A DNA stretch of 64,000 bases from Methanobrevibacter sp. (GCF_045603845.1 NZ_JAZUMY010000072.1:4236-68235), one strand, 5' to 3'; positions 9,174 through 19,352 are shown, counted from the stretch's first letter. Notes: generated by a model from the letters alone, not told the origin. Numbers and translations: made by a program.

Positions 9174-9722
9174 ATGGGAGCTGAAGACATATTAAAAGAA
9201 CTGGAAAAATTAATGGATAATAACAGCATTAGCAAAAATGATTTGATGATTATTTTAAAGAAATATGCTGGAATTATATCCCCATATGATTTAATGATGG
9301 CTACGGCCAGAATGCGAGAAGACGGAAAATATGTACAGTCCCAGTATCGTGAAAAATATCTTGAGATTTATATCAGATATTTCATAATGCGTATGAAAGA
9401 GGTTCGTGATAATAACAATGATATGAGCGAATCAATAGATATGGAAACATTATATAATTCATTCCCATTGCTTAAAACAACATTTGAAAAGGAAAGATTA
9501 AGTGAAAATGATGATAAGTTCCCATTAATATATGTCATAACATCACTATACACCACATTCATCCTAAAAGAACCTATACATCCGGTGGGTAGTGAATTTC
9601 CAGGAAAACTTAAGGTTACACAAGAAAAAGGAATATTTTACTGTCCCGTTAAAGATAACCAAAAGGACAATCCCAATGCAATATGCCACTTATGCCTAGC
9701 GGAACAGACACCAAATATTTAA
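9174..9722 (+). CDS. UPF0305/DUF2115 family protein
   Basis: EPIHPVGSEFPG and FYCPVKD...AICHLC motifs. Confidence 0.8.
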   Translation: MGAEDILKELEKLMDNNSISKNDLMIILKKYAGIISPYDLMMATARMREDGKYVQSQYREKYLEIYIRYFIMRMKEVRDNNNDMSESIDMETLYNSFPLLKTTFEKERLSENDDKFPLIYVITSLYTTFILKEPIHPVGSEFPGKLKVTQEKGIFYCPVKDNQKDNPNAICHLCLAEQTPNI

Positions 9723-9746
9723 TAACAAGATAATAACAATATAATA

Positions 9747-10488
9747 GTGATTAAAATGAAAGTTGACAAATCATTCATATTCATACTAATTACAATGCTC
9801 ATAATTGCCGGAGCGATGGGTACTGCCGTAGCATATACAGGAACAGGATTTTCCCATGAAAAGACAATTTCAGATTACAGTTCACTGTCATTAAATGATA
9901 TTTTATCAAAATATAGTGACACGAACTGCAATTCAGAAGTCAGCGGATTATGTACAAAAGTATCTGATGGAGACACAATAACCGTCGAAGGTGTTGGAAA
10001 AGTCCGTTTAGTAGGTGTTAATACACCCGAAAAAGGAGTTACCGGAGCCGATGCATCAGCATACTTTGTAAAGAAATTATGCTTGAATCGAGAAGTTAGT
10101 CTGGATATTGACGATTCAAAACACAGCGACAGATACGGAAGAACACTGGCTGTTGTTATAGTGGACGGAAAAAACTTAAATGAAATGCTTTTAAAAGAAG
10201 GCCTTGCAGAGATAATGTACATCCCTCCAAGCGAATTTTATCCATATAACTGGGCTGGAGATGCTACACCGGTTGCAAGTACATCTACACATACAGACAC
10301 CGGATCATCCAGTGACACATCATCAAGCGCTGCAGGAACATATATTGGAAATGCCAACACACATAAATTCCATTACCCAACATGCTCATCTGTAGGAAAG
10401 ATATCCGAAAAAAAATAAGGTAACCTTTAGTTCAAGAGATGATGCGATAAATCAGGGCTATGTTCCTTGCAAAAACTGTAACCCTTAA
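9747..10488 (+). CDS. Secreted thermonuclease (SNase) with C-terminal Ada-type metal-binding domain interrupted by a +1 frameshift (ORF stops at 10418)
   Basis: Signal peptide; VSDGDTI, VRLVGVNTPE, DRYGRTLA, LLKEGLA; removing one A from A8 (10408-10415) restores ...EKNKVTFSSRDDAINQGYVPCKNCNP* ending 10488. Confidence 0.85.
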
Positions 10489-10517
10489 AAAAAGAATAAG
10501 AAATGGATTTATTTTAT

Positions 10518-11627
10518 TTATTCAAATAAATCCACAACATCTTTCAATAGCTTCGGAATATCCAATTGCTGCGTACAATAATCAATGCAGGTTCCGCATT
10601 CAGTACATGCAGAAGCAGGAGCATATGTGATGCTCGTAGTCCCATACAATGCATGATTTGATTCCAAAGAATAGATTTTTTCACTGTTATACAGATTGAA
10701 GTAATCCGGAATAGGAATATTGGCCTCACATTCCTTTACGCAATAGTTGCAGAAACTGCAATCGATTGCTGTGGTCTTTTTGATTTCACGAGCCATTTTC
10801 ATCAGGAATCTGTGCTCGTCTCTTGTGATTTCTTCAAAGTCCTTGAATGTTTCGCAGTTTTCCTTCATTTGCTCTAAAGAACCCATTCCGCTTAAAACAA
10901 CAGATACATTTTTTTGTGAACCTGCAAATCTCAATGCCCATTCGGCCATGGAAGTATCGCTGTAATCCTCAAACTGCTGCTTTACACAGTCAGCAACATT
11001 AACTAGAGTTCCTCCTTTAATAGGTTCCATTACAATTACTTCAACGCCATATTTTGTGCATAACTTATTGCACTTGTTGGACTGAATCCTCTGGTCATTC
11101 CAGTCAAGATAGTTTAACTGCAGTTGAACGATATCTATGATGTCACCGTATTTTTCCAAGACCTCTTCGAGCAGATCTGCCTTGTCATGAAAACTGATAC
11201 CTATTTTTAAAGCTTTACCTTCATCTTTTGCTTTTCTTAGGAATTCAAAACTGTTGCTTGATTCAGCCAAGCCCATGAATACCCTGTTAATGTTATGGAT
11301 TAACAGAACATCCAAGTAATCGACACCCAATCTTTCAAGCATTACGTTTAAAAGTCTTTCATTATCTTCTTCTTTTGTCAGAAGCCATGTAGGTATCTTG
11401 TCAGCTATTCTGAATGATTTTCTGGGATATCTTTCGACCAACACTTTTTTCAATGCATCCTCTGACGTTTCCGCATGATAAGCATATGATGTATCAAAGT
11501 AATCAAAACCCTGATCCATATAATAGTCAACCATTTTAGTGAATTCATCTATATCAATGGATGCCGGATTATTATCATCCTTTTGCGGAAGCCTCATTGC
11601 TCCAAAACCTAATATAACATCTTTCAA
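10518..11627 (-). CDS. Aldo/keto reductase with C-terminal 4Fe-4S domain
   Basis: LGFGAMRLP, YFDTSYAYH, VMEPIKGG, VLSGM; CSFCNYC...C and CTECGTCIDYC. Confidence 0.9.
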   Translation of the reverse strand: MKDVILGFGAMRLPQKDDNNPASIDIDEFTKMVDYYMDQGFDYFDTSYAYHAETSEDALKKVLVERYPRKSFRIADKIPTWLLTKEEDNERLLNVMLERLGVDYLDVLLIHNINRVFMGLAESSNSFEFLRKAKDEGKALKIGISFHDKADLLEEVLEKYGDIIDIVQLQLNYLDWNDQRIQSNKCNKLCTKYGVEVIVMEPIKGGTLVNVADCVKQQFEDYSDTSMAEWALRFAGSQKNVSVVLSGMGSLEQMKENCETFKDFEEITRDEHRFLMKMAREIKKTTAIDCSFCNYCVKECEANIPIPDYFNLYNSEKIYSLESNHALYGTTSITYAPASACTECGTCIDYCTQQLDIPKLLKDVVDLFE

Positions 11628-11730
11628 ATTAATCCCTCACAGATATTATGTAATTCATGACATATATAATTGTTGCACAAGTAAACAATTTAAATATATT
11701 CAAATAGATAATTAACCAAAAAATATTATA

Positions 11731-13098
11731 ATGCAGGCCAATGAAAATATCGAATCAATCACTGGAGACCCTAAAAAAGCCATAAACAGATTAGCTATTC
11801 CAACAATACTTTCAATGCTTCTGATGTTTTTAAATAATCTTATAGACAGCTTTTGGGTTTCAGGAATCAATACTGATGCATTGGCAGCCTTAGGATTCAT
11901 TTCACCATTATACCTGGTAATCATAGGAATCGGAAGCGGCATCGGTGCGGGAGGAAACTCACTTATTTCAAGATATGTCAGAGCATCAAGATTTGAAGAT
12001 GCGAATAATGCAGTTATGCATACAATTATTTTGACAGTTGTTGTTTCAGTCATGATTTTAATTGTAGGAATATTCTTTTTGGATGATTTGATAATTTTAT
12101 TCGGTGCAGGTGATGTGTTGACATACTGCCTGGATTATGGAAGAATAATATTTTTACTCAATATTGTATTTTTGATGCCGAATGTAACATCAAGCATCTT
12201 CAGAACGGAAGGTGATGTGAAAAGAGCAACAAAACCCCAGATTCTAACCGCAATACTGAACATGATTCTAGACCCTATTTTCATATATGTCCTGAACTTG
12301 GGAATATTTGGAGCTGCAACAGCCACAATATTATCCTCATCAATAGGATACCTATGGATGCTTTACTGGATTTATATTAAAAAAGACAGCTATTTTAACT
12401 TTAAACTGAAATATTACAAAAGAAAACTCTCAATTTATAAGGAAATACTTGTAGTTTCCCTTCCTGCCAGCTTTGAAGAAATAATATTTTCAATAGTGGC
12501 AATAATTCTAAATTACCTGATTATAGTAACTGCCGGAGTCAATGAAGTGGCATCATTTACGATAGCATGGAGATTCATCTCAATAGCATTCCTGCCGTGC
12601 ATGGCCATAGGAATAGCTACAATAACAGTGTCCGGAATAGCTTATGGTGCGAAAAATGCTAAAAACTTCAATACAACCATCAAATATTCAACAATCCTAA
12701 GTCTGATTTTTACATTGACAATATCTGCAATATTTTTAATCTTCGCATATCCGTTATGCGACCTGTTCAGTTTCACCTCCCAGAATTCTGAATTGGTAAT
12801 GCGGTCAGCAGAAATCCTTCAGATACTGGTTTTCTATAATTTCCTGATTCCATTTGGAGCAACTGCCGCATACACATATCAGGGAATTGGTTCAGGCTTT
12901 AAATCATTGGGACTGACAGTATTAAGAGAACTGATTCTGAGCATGTTTTTTGCATATTTGCTTGGAATAATCCTCAAAATGGGAGTTTTTGGAGTATACC
13001 TTGGAGCAATAATTGGAATGAACATTGGCTCTCTGATTGGATTTATATTCATTATAGTTTACAACAGAAAATTTAAGGAAAAATACCCATTACCCTAG
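11731..13098 (+). CDS. MATE family efflux transporter
   Basis: About 12 TM helices; LAIPTILSM, DSFWVSG, NMILDPIFIY, GAATAT motifs. Confidence 0.9.
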   Translation: MQANENIESITGDPKKAINRLAIPTILSMLLMFLNNLIDSFWVSGINTDALAALGFISPLYLVIIGIGSGIGAGGNSLISRYVRASRFEDANNAVMHTIILTVVVSVMILIVGIFFLDDLIILFGAGDVLTYCLDYGRIIFLLNIVFLMPNVTSSIFRTEGDVKRATKPQILTAILNMILDPIFIYVLNLGIFGAATATILSSSIGYLWMLYWIYIKKDSYFNFKLKYYKRKLSIYKEILVVSLPASFEEIIFSIVAIILNYLIIVTAGVNEVASFTIAWRFISIAFLPCMAIGIATITVSGIAYGAKNAKNFNTTIKYSTILSLIFTLTISAIFLIFAYPLCDLFSFTSQNSELVMRSAEILQILVFYNFLIPFGATAAYTYQGIGSGFKSLGLTVLRELILSMFFAYLLGIILKMGVFGVYLGAIIGMNIGSLIGFIFIIVYNRKFKEKYPLP

Positions 13099-13167
13099 AA
13101 AAGTGACAAAATATTTAAATTAACTTATTGACAATACATTATATAAATAAATATGGAGGAGTAAAAA

Positions 13168-13731
13168 ATGGCTGATAAAAAATCACCTGCAGACGGCTGG
13201 CCAGTTATCAGTGGAGATTACATTGTAGGAGATCCAGAAAGTCCCGTTGCTGTAACAACACTTGCTTCTCACATTGAAGCAGAATTAAGCGGAGCAGCTA
13301 TTGCAGGACCATGTAAAACAGAAAATTTAGGAATTGAAAAAGTAGTGGCTAACATTATTTCCAATCCGAATATTAGATTTTTGATATTGGCTGGAGCTGA
13401 AGTACAGGGCCACATTACCGGACAAAGCTTCTTGGCTTTGCATGAAAACGGAGCAGATCCGGACAAAAAGAAAATTATTGGTGCAACTGGCGCAATTCCT
13501 TTTGTTGAAAACGTGCCTCTTGAAGGTGTTGAAAGATTCCAACAACAACTGGAAATTGTTAACCTGATTGATACCGAAGACGTCGGTGCAATACAATCCA
13601 AAATCAACGAATGTGTTGAAAAGGATTCCGGCGCATACGAAGCTGAACCAATAGTAATGGAAGTCGATGAAGAAAATCAAAGATTAGTAATTGTCGACAA
13701 AAAGAAAGAAGAAAAAGAAGATGAATCTTAG
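13168..13731 (+). CDS. mtrA: Stand-alone tetrahydromethanopterin S-methyltransferase subunit A paralog lacking the membrane anchor
   Basis: [53 protein letters not shown] (corrinoid His); charged C-terminus with no TM helix; no other mtr genes adjacent. Confidence 0.92.
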   Translation: MADKKSPADGWPVISGDYIVGDPESPVAVTTLASHIEAELSGAAIAGPCKTENLGIEKVVANIISNPNIRFLILAGAEVQGHITGQSFLALHENGADPDKKKIIGATGAIPFVENVPLEGVERFQQQLEIVNLIDTEDVGAIQSKINECVEKDSGAYEAEPIVMEVDEENQRLVIVDKKKEEKEDES

Positions 13732-13817
13732 ATAATGAGTGTTTATTCACTCTTTATTTACTTTTTTTGAATATTATTTTTACAAAAGAGAATCTTTCAT
13801 ATTTTGAAAATAGAACA

Positions 13818-14002
13818 ATGTTTATGTTCATATCTTCAATTCTTATCGCATTATTTTTATTAATGATTGTAGTGGATTTTCTTGAGAAAAATATTTACTT
13901 TGGCATAGCTTCCCCAATGCAATGCGTTTGATTATACTTGTTGGAGGCAGTACGGCAATTATTACAGGAATTACTTTATATTTTAAACGAAAAATGGGAT
14001 AA
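13818..14002 (+). pseudogene. Possible small 2-TM membrane protein with a frameshift
   Basis: MFMFISSILIALFLLMIVVDFLEKNIYFGIA... continues in another frame as NAMRLIILVGGSTAIITGITLYFKRKMG*; break near TTCCCC. Confidence 0.3.
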
Positions 14003-14049
14003 GTTTGAACTCCACGTTAACAATTCAAATATCCTTTGATTTCATTTGT

Positions 14050-15024
14050 TTAATGTCCTCCAAAAACAGGAACATCAATATCATCAAGCAAATCCTCAAT
14101 TTCATCTATTGTTGAAGAGGACAGTTTCACATTTCCTGCCTTAAAATTGGATTTCATGTTTTCAACAGAAGTTGTTCCTGGAATCGGAACAATATAATCT
14201 TTTTTATTAATCATCCAGGCCAGTGAAATTTGAGCCATAGTAGCATTTTTATCTTCAGCAACAGAAGTTAATAACTCCATTAACTGCTTAGCGCTTTTAA
14301 AACCTTCTTCACTGTACTGGGGCATGTCATTTCTATAATCAATGTCTTCAAATGTGGAATTTTTATTATATAAACCAGTTAAAAAGCCATTGGCCATTGG
14401 AGAAAATGCAATAAAAGTCACATCAAGCTCTTCACAGACAGGAAAGAGATTTTCATGCCATCTTGCAAGCATGGAATATCTGTTTTGAATTACAGATACT
14501 GGACATACTTCATTAGCTCTTCTCAAGTAGTCCTCTGTTGTTTCTGAAATTCCCCAAGCCTTAATCAGACCGTCATCGATTAATTTCTGCATTTCTCCAG
14601 CCACAACTTCCGGTTCAACATTTGAATCAATTCTGTGCTGATAATACAAATCCAGACAATCAATATCCAACCTTTCAAGAGTCCCTTCGATTGACTTTTG
14701 AATGGCTTCAGGTGATGAATCTGGGACAAGTGAAGTACCATCAATCCTAATTCCGAATTTTGATGCTATTACAACGTCATTTCTCACAGATTTTAATGCT
14801 TCACCAACAAGTTCCTCATTATTGCTGATGTCTCCCGATTTTGTCAATCCGACATAGACTTCAGCCGTGTCAAAAAAATTATATCCCTCATTAAAAGATT
14901 TCTTTAAAAAATCAATTGCATAATCCTTTGAAACAGCACTGCCATAGGCATGAGACAGTCCCATGCATCCCAATCCAATAGGATTCACTTGAAGATTAGT
15001 CTTGGCAATTTTTCTTTGAATCAT
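14050..15024 (-). CDS. Aldo/keto reductase (AKR13-like, bacterial type)
   Basis: IGLGCMGLS, FFDTAEVY, DLYYQHR, FSPMANGFLTG, PIPGTT. Confidence 0.92.
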   Translation of the reverse strand: MIQRKIAKTNLQVNPIGLGCMGLSHAYGSAVSKDYAIDFLKKSFNEGYNFFDTAEVYVGLTKSGDISNNEELVGEALKSVRNDVVIASKFGIRIDGTSLVPDSSPEAIQKSIEGTLERLDIDCLDLYYQHRIDSNVEPEVVAGEMQKLIDDGLIKAWGISETTEDYLRRANEVCPVSVIQNRYSMLARWHENLFPVCEELDVTFIAFSPMANGFLTGLYNKNSTFEDIDYRNDMPQYSEEGFKSAKQLMELLTSVAEDKNATMAQISLAWMINKKDYIVPIPGTTSVENMKSNFKAGNVKLSSSTIDEIEDLLDDIDVPVFGGH

Positions 15025-15052
15025 CTTAAAAACCCATTAAAAAAGAAGAGTT

Positions 15053-16045
15053 CTATAAATTATCATTAAAGAACTCTTCAAGCTTGTCTACAACTTTATC
15101 AATATACTCCTCAACCCAATATGTTTGTATGTGGCTGGCACCTTCAATCAGGAATAATTCTTTATTTTTGGCATTGACTGCCTTTTCGAATGCGGAATCA
15201 GTCATATATTTGGTATCGGCAACATCACCTGCCATCATCAATAATGGCTGAGATATTAAATCCATCCTGTCATCCACATCAAAGGCCAATAACTTAGGCA
15301 GTGATTCTGTTGTGTATCTTGAATTTGCATTAGGATGATAATGAGTGATGCCGTAATATTCAACACCGTCACGATACAATCCTTCAGGAAGACTTTCCAT
15401 CATTTTTCTTAACTCTTCTTCTGTCATTTCAGGATTGTCCCCTTCATATAATATTTCCCCTTCCAAAAGTTTATTTCTTGCATTTGCTCCTTTCTGAAGC
15501 TTTTCTTGAATTAATTCGATTTCTGAATCCAAAAAGCCGTTTCTTCTTATCCTTCCAGTATTGAACATTGAAAGAACTGCAACAGCATTTATTCTTTTGT
15601 CCTGTTGTGCGGCAGCTAGAGTATATCCTGCACCACCGCAGATTCCTAATGAAGCAGTTCTATCATTATTTACATAATCAAGTGAAATCAAATAATCAAT
15701 CATTCCTGAAACATCCTCAATCCTGTTTTCCGGATAATCCCTGTTTCTAGGCTGGCCTTCACTTGCTCCCTGATATCTTGCATCACTTGCCAATGTTACA
15801 TAACCCAATTCCGCTAATTTTTGAGCATATAAACCTGCAACCTGTTCTTTTGATCCGCCATTCGGATGAGCAACACTAATTGCAGCATAGCTGTTATTTT
15901 CATCGAAATCTGGAGGCAAATATAAATTTCCGGCAACTTTAATGCCTGAAACTTCATAAGTTACTGGTTTGACATTTACTTTGCCTGGAATATTTTCACC
16001 AATTGCATTTTCATAAACTAAACCGAATTTGTTCATATAATACAC
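15053..16045 (-). CDS. Alpha/beta hydrolase (YcjY-like)
   Basis: HPNGGSKEQ, GICGGAGY nucleophile elbow (Cys), PLLMMAG, GASHIQTY. Confidence 0.85.
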   Translation of the reverse strand: MYYMNKFGLVYENAIGENIPGKVNVKPVTYEVSGIKVAGNLYLPPDFDENNSYAAISVAHPNGGSKEQVAGLYAQKLAELGYVTLASDARYQGASEGQPRNRDYPENRIEDVSGMIDYLISLDYVNNDRTASLGICGGAGYTLAAAQQDKRINAVAVLSMFNTGRIRRNGFLDSEIELIQEKLQKGANARNKLLEGEILYEGDNPEMTEEELRKMMESLPEGLYRDGVEYYGITHYHPNANSRYTTESLPKLLAFDVDDRMDLISQPLLMMAGDVADTKYMTDSAFEKAVNAKNKELFLIEGASHIQTYWVEEYIDKVVDKLEEFFNDNL

Positions 16046-16113
16046 CTATAACATATATTTAGTTTTTAAAATATAAAAAAGAAAAAGAATTTAAGAAAAA
16101 TTCTTGAAAATAA

Positions 16114-16962
16114 CTATGCAATGCTGCTTAAAACAAATTTAATGAATTCAGGATTGTCCACTTCCACAATAGGAACTCCAGTTTCCAGTTCCTTGATTTT
16201 TTCCATATCATCATCAGATAATTCGAAATCGAATAAATCCGCATTTTCAATCATTCTTGATTCTTTTGTGGATTTAGGGAAAACCACAATTCCTCTTTGA
16301 ATCAGCCATCTCAATATTACCTGTGCTGAGGATTTGCCATATTTTTCACCGATTTCAACTAAAATAGGATTTGTGAAGATTCCGTCTTTTCCTTCAGCTA
16401 ACGGTCCCCATGCCTCTACAACCGCATCGAACTGTTTGTGGAATTCTTCGGTTCCTTCCTGTTGGAAAAACGGATTTACTTCAATCTGGTTTACCATAGG
16501 AGTGATTTCTGAATTCAATGCCAAATCAGTGAAACGTCCTTGGGTAAAATTACATACACCAATAGCTTTGATTTTTCCTTCTTTGTAAAGATCTTCGACT
16601 GCTCTCCAGGTTGAATATACATCCCCCATGCACTGATGGAGCAGGTATAAATCCACATAGTCAGTCTGTAATTTGTCCAAGGATTCCTGAAATGCTTTTT
16701 TAGTTTCTTCGTACCCGTATGATGAAACCCATACTTTGGTTGTTAAAAATAACTCTTCCCTTGCGATTCCTGACTCTTTTATTGCCTCACCAAGTTCTGC
16801 TTCATTGAAATATGCCTGTGCAGTGTCAAAATGTCTGTAACCGAGTTCTATTGCTTTTTTTACTACATCTTTAGTTTCTTCTGGAGGTATTTGAAATACA
16901 CCAAATCCTAATTGTGGTATTTCAACACCGTTTGATAAAGTTATATATTCCATAATTTTCAC
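16114..16962 (-). CDS. Aldo/keto reductase, 2,5-diketo-D-gluconate reductase-like
   Basis: LGFGVFQI, RHFDTAQAY, TTKVW, DLYLLHQ, NQIEVNP, VVFPKS. Confidence 0.92.
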   Translation of the reverse strand: MKIMEYITLSNGVEIPQLGFGVFQIPPEETKDVVKKAIELGYRHFDTAQAYFNEAELGEAIKESGIAREELFLTTKVWVSSYGYEETKKAFQESLDKLQTDYVDLYLLHQCMGDVYSTWRAVEDLYKEGKIKAIGVCNFTQGRFTDLALNSEITPMVNQIEVNPFFQQEGTEEFHKQFDAVVEAWGPLAEGKDGIFTNPILVEIGEKYGKSSAQVILRWLIQRGIVVFPKSTKESRMIENADLFDFELSDDDMEKIKELETGVPIVEVDNPEFIKFVLSSIA

Positions 16963-16997
16963 CTAGATTATAATATATATCTTTCTAAATATAAATG

Positions 16998-17010
16998 TTT
17001 CCTTAGGAAA
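16998..17010. promoter_or_regulatory. Palindrome between the divergent AKR operon and marR, candidate MarR operator
   Basis: TTTCCT-T-AGGAAA perfect inverted repeat. Confidence 0.4.
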
Positions 17011-17040
17011 TAATTATTTTATGAAAAATATTTAAATAAC

Positions 17041-17505
17041 ATGATTAAGAAAATAACTATTATGAGTTTACCAAGTCAGTTTAAAGAAGAAAACTATGAA
17101 AACATACTCATTTACCATTATGTTGAAGAGCTGGTAAAGGATTTCAGCGAATACAGTATTGAAAATTTCACAGATGATGAAATAACCCTAACAGAATTGC
17201 CTTTCCTTTTAAGAATAAGATTTGTGGATAAAAGCACACAGAAGGATTTGGTGACATTATTCAATGTAAGCGACGGCTATACTGCCAAATTACTTAGAAG
17301 ATTTGAGGAAAGAGGATTCATTACGCGACATGAAGATCCTGAAAACAGAAGGCGCAAAATTGTAAAGTTAACCGATAAAGGATGCCAAATAACAGATAAA
17401 ATCCTAGATTACATCAACACATGGGAAGAACTGCGCAGAAGTAATTTAAGTGATGATGAATTCAAGACCCTTAAGAAATTACTATTCAAACTATTGAATG
17501 ATTAA
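17041..17505 (+). CDS. MarR-family regulator
   Basis: TQKDL...TAKLLRRFEERGFITR.EDPENRRRKIVKLTDKG. Confidence 0.88.
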   Translation: MIKKITIMSLPSQFKEENYENILIYHYVEELVKDFSEYSIENFTDDEITLTELPFLLRIRFVDKSTQKDLVTLFNVSDGYTAKLLRRFEERGFITRHEDPENRRRKIVKLTDKGCQITDKILDYINTWEELRRSNLSDDEFKTLKKLLFKLLND

Positions 17506-17767
17506 TATGAAAGCTGAAAGATGTCCGAACTGCAATAAGATAATAAGTCCTCATGAGAGAATCTGCAGCAATTGCGGATACAGACTTAATAACCAGACAA
17601 TCAACAAAATGAACAATATTTACCACAGAAGCAATGTTGCAACATTATGGTTTTTCCTATTTTTCTTATTATGGGCGATAATATTTGTTTTTTCAAATTG
17701 GATTTATGCAACAATAATAACTGCTATTCTAGTGGTTTTACTCATTTATTTCAAAAACCGAAAGTAA
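17498..17767 (+). CDS. Zinc-ribbon membrane protein
   Basis: CPNC...CSNCG followed by two TM helices. Confidence 0.7.
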   Translation: MINMKAERCPNCNKIISPHERICSNCGYRLNNQTINKMNNIYHRSNVATLWFFLFFLLWAIIFVFSNWIYATIITAILVVLLIYFKNRK

Positions 17768-17768
17768 T

Positions 17769-18332
17769 TCATAATTTAATAGCGTGCTTATACATTGCCA
17801 GCTGATTAATGAAATTTACATTATAGATTCTTTTTTCCATATGAACAGTCTGAAGCTCATTGTTTGTATCAATAGTAACTTCAAATCCCATCTTTTTCCA
17901 GAACTGCAAAGCTCCATCCAGAGTCTTATGGGTATGCAGATAAATTTCATTATAATTGGAATTATATGCAAATTTCTCGGCAATGTTAAACATTAATGAT
18001 GCAAGCCCACATCTTCTATACTTTTCATCAACGAAGAGTCTCCAGATACTTGCTGTGGATTCATTAGAGTACATATTTTTAAATTCATCGAAATCCTTAT
18101 CGTATCCTCTCAAACCAATTGTAGCAAGTATTTCACCTGTTTCTTTATTAGTTGCAATGAAAAAATTGTTTCTGGAAGGAAAAATATAATATTCATCCAA
18201 TTTAACAATATCTTCATGGTATTCTGGAATATAACCATAACCAAACTCGTTTTTAATCTGCTTAAACAAGAATTTCTGAAGATTTTTGATTTGATGCGCA
18301 TCATAGGTTAATGCCTTAATTTGAACATTCAT
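17769..18332 (-). CDS. GNAT-family acetyltransferase
   Basis: RLFVDEKYRRCGLAS acetyl-CoA motif A; ALQFWKKMGF motif B. Confidence 0.88.
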   Translation of the reverse strand: MNVQIKALTYDAHQIKNLQKFLFKQIKNEFGYGYIPEYHEDIVKLDEYYIFPSRNNFFIATNKETGEILATIGLRGYDKDFDEFKNMYSNESTASIWRLFVDEKYRRCGLASLMFNIAEKFAYNSNYNEIYLHTHKTLDGALQFWKKMGFEVTIDTNNELQTVHMEKRIYNVNFINQLAMYKHAIKL

Positions 18333-18350
18333 TATTAAACACCATTTAAA

Positions 18351-18453
18351 AAGTATTACTTATTGGTAGAAATTTAATGATTTAGTAATACTTTAATTCG
18401 TAAATAAACGAAGTAATACTTTATTTATAAGATTTAAAGCATTAGTAATACTT
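18351..18453. promoter_or_regulatory. Four copies of AGTAATACTT (one inverted) in the divergent GNAT/NAS promoter
   Basis: AAGTATTACT at 18351-18360; AGTAATACTT at 18384, 18412 and 18444; ATTTAA-N-G-NN-TTAGTAATACTT repeated 60 bp apart. Confidence 0.6.
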
Positions 18454-18530
18454 AAATATTAGTTTAACCAATTATAATATAACTAATAGATTAAATAATA
18501 TATAAAACTTATTATTTTGGATGTGATTAA

Positions 18531-19352
18531 ATGAGTTGTTATAAGTATTGGGGAAAACTGGAAGAGATAGCAGATAAACTATCACAATATGGTGATTTGG
18601 ATAAATATGGAGACTCTGCTCTGGACAATGTCGATATTAATGAGATTATCGAAATATTGGATGAAGTAGAAATCATAGCACATGACAAGACAATAGATTT
18701 CGACTCTGCAAAACATATTCTTGATGACGAAAAGATGAATAAGGCACTGAAACTAATCCGCAAATTCTATGTATATATTGGAGCAAGATTGGAAACCGAA
18801 AATGCATTAAAAATATTGGAATCAGACAATCCTACAGAAACACTGGATTCATTCCATTTTTATGACAGATATATTGGATTGATTGAAAATGAAAGACAAT
18901 TAGCAAAATTCAATGACGAAAAAACATTTGTATTTTTAGGAAGCGGACCTTTACCATTAACATTGATAATGTTCAATAAAGTATTCGGATGCAAATGTAT
19001 TGGAATAGAACAGCTTGAAGATGTGGCGGAGCTTTCCAGAAAAGTGCTGAAAAAATTAGGGCTTGATAAAGACATTGAAATAATTGTCGGTGATGAAAAA
19101 TCCATTGAAAACCTTGATTATGACATATTAATGGTTGCTGCACTGGCTGAACCTAAAGACAGAGTATTTTCAAATATCTGGGAGTTTGTTGATGAAAAAA
19201 CACCAGTAATCTACAGAACCTATACCGGAATGAGAGCAATCTTATACTCACCGGTTCTTGATAAGGATACGAGAGGTTTCCACAAAGAAGTAATGGTGCT
19301 CCCAACAGGAAAAACAAACAATACTTCAGTTTTAATAAGAAAAATCGAATGA
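18531..19352 (+). CDS. Nicotianamine synthase-like protein (thermonicotianamine synthase family)
   Basis: FVFLGSGPLPLT, LMVAALAEPK, YRTYTGMRAILY, VLPTGKTNNTSV motifs of archaeal NAS. Confidence 0.9.
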   Translation: MSCYKYWGKLEEIADKLSQYGDLDKYGDSALDNVDINEIIEILDEVEIIAHDKTIDFDSAKHILDDEKMNKALKLIRKFYVYIGARLETENALKILESDNPTETLDSFHFYDRYIGLIENERQLAKFNDEKTFVFLGSGPLPLTLIMFNKVFGCKCIGIEQLEDVAELSRKVLKKLGLDKDIEIIVGDEKSIENLDYDILMVAALAEPKDRVFSNIWEFVDEKTPVIYRTYTGMRAILYSPVLDKDTRGFHKEVMVLPTGKTNNTSVLIRKIE

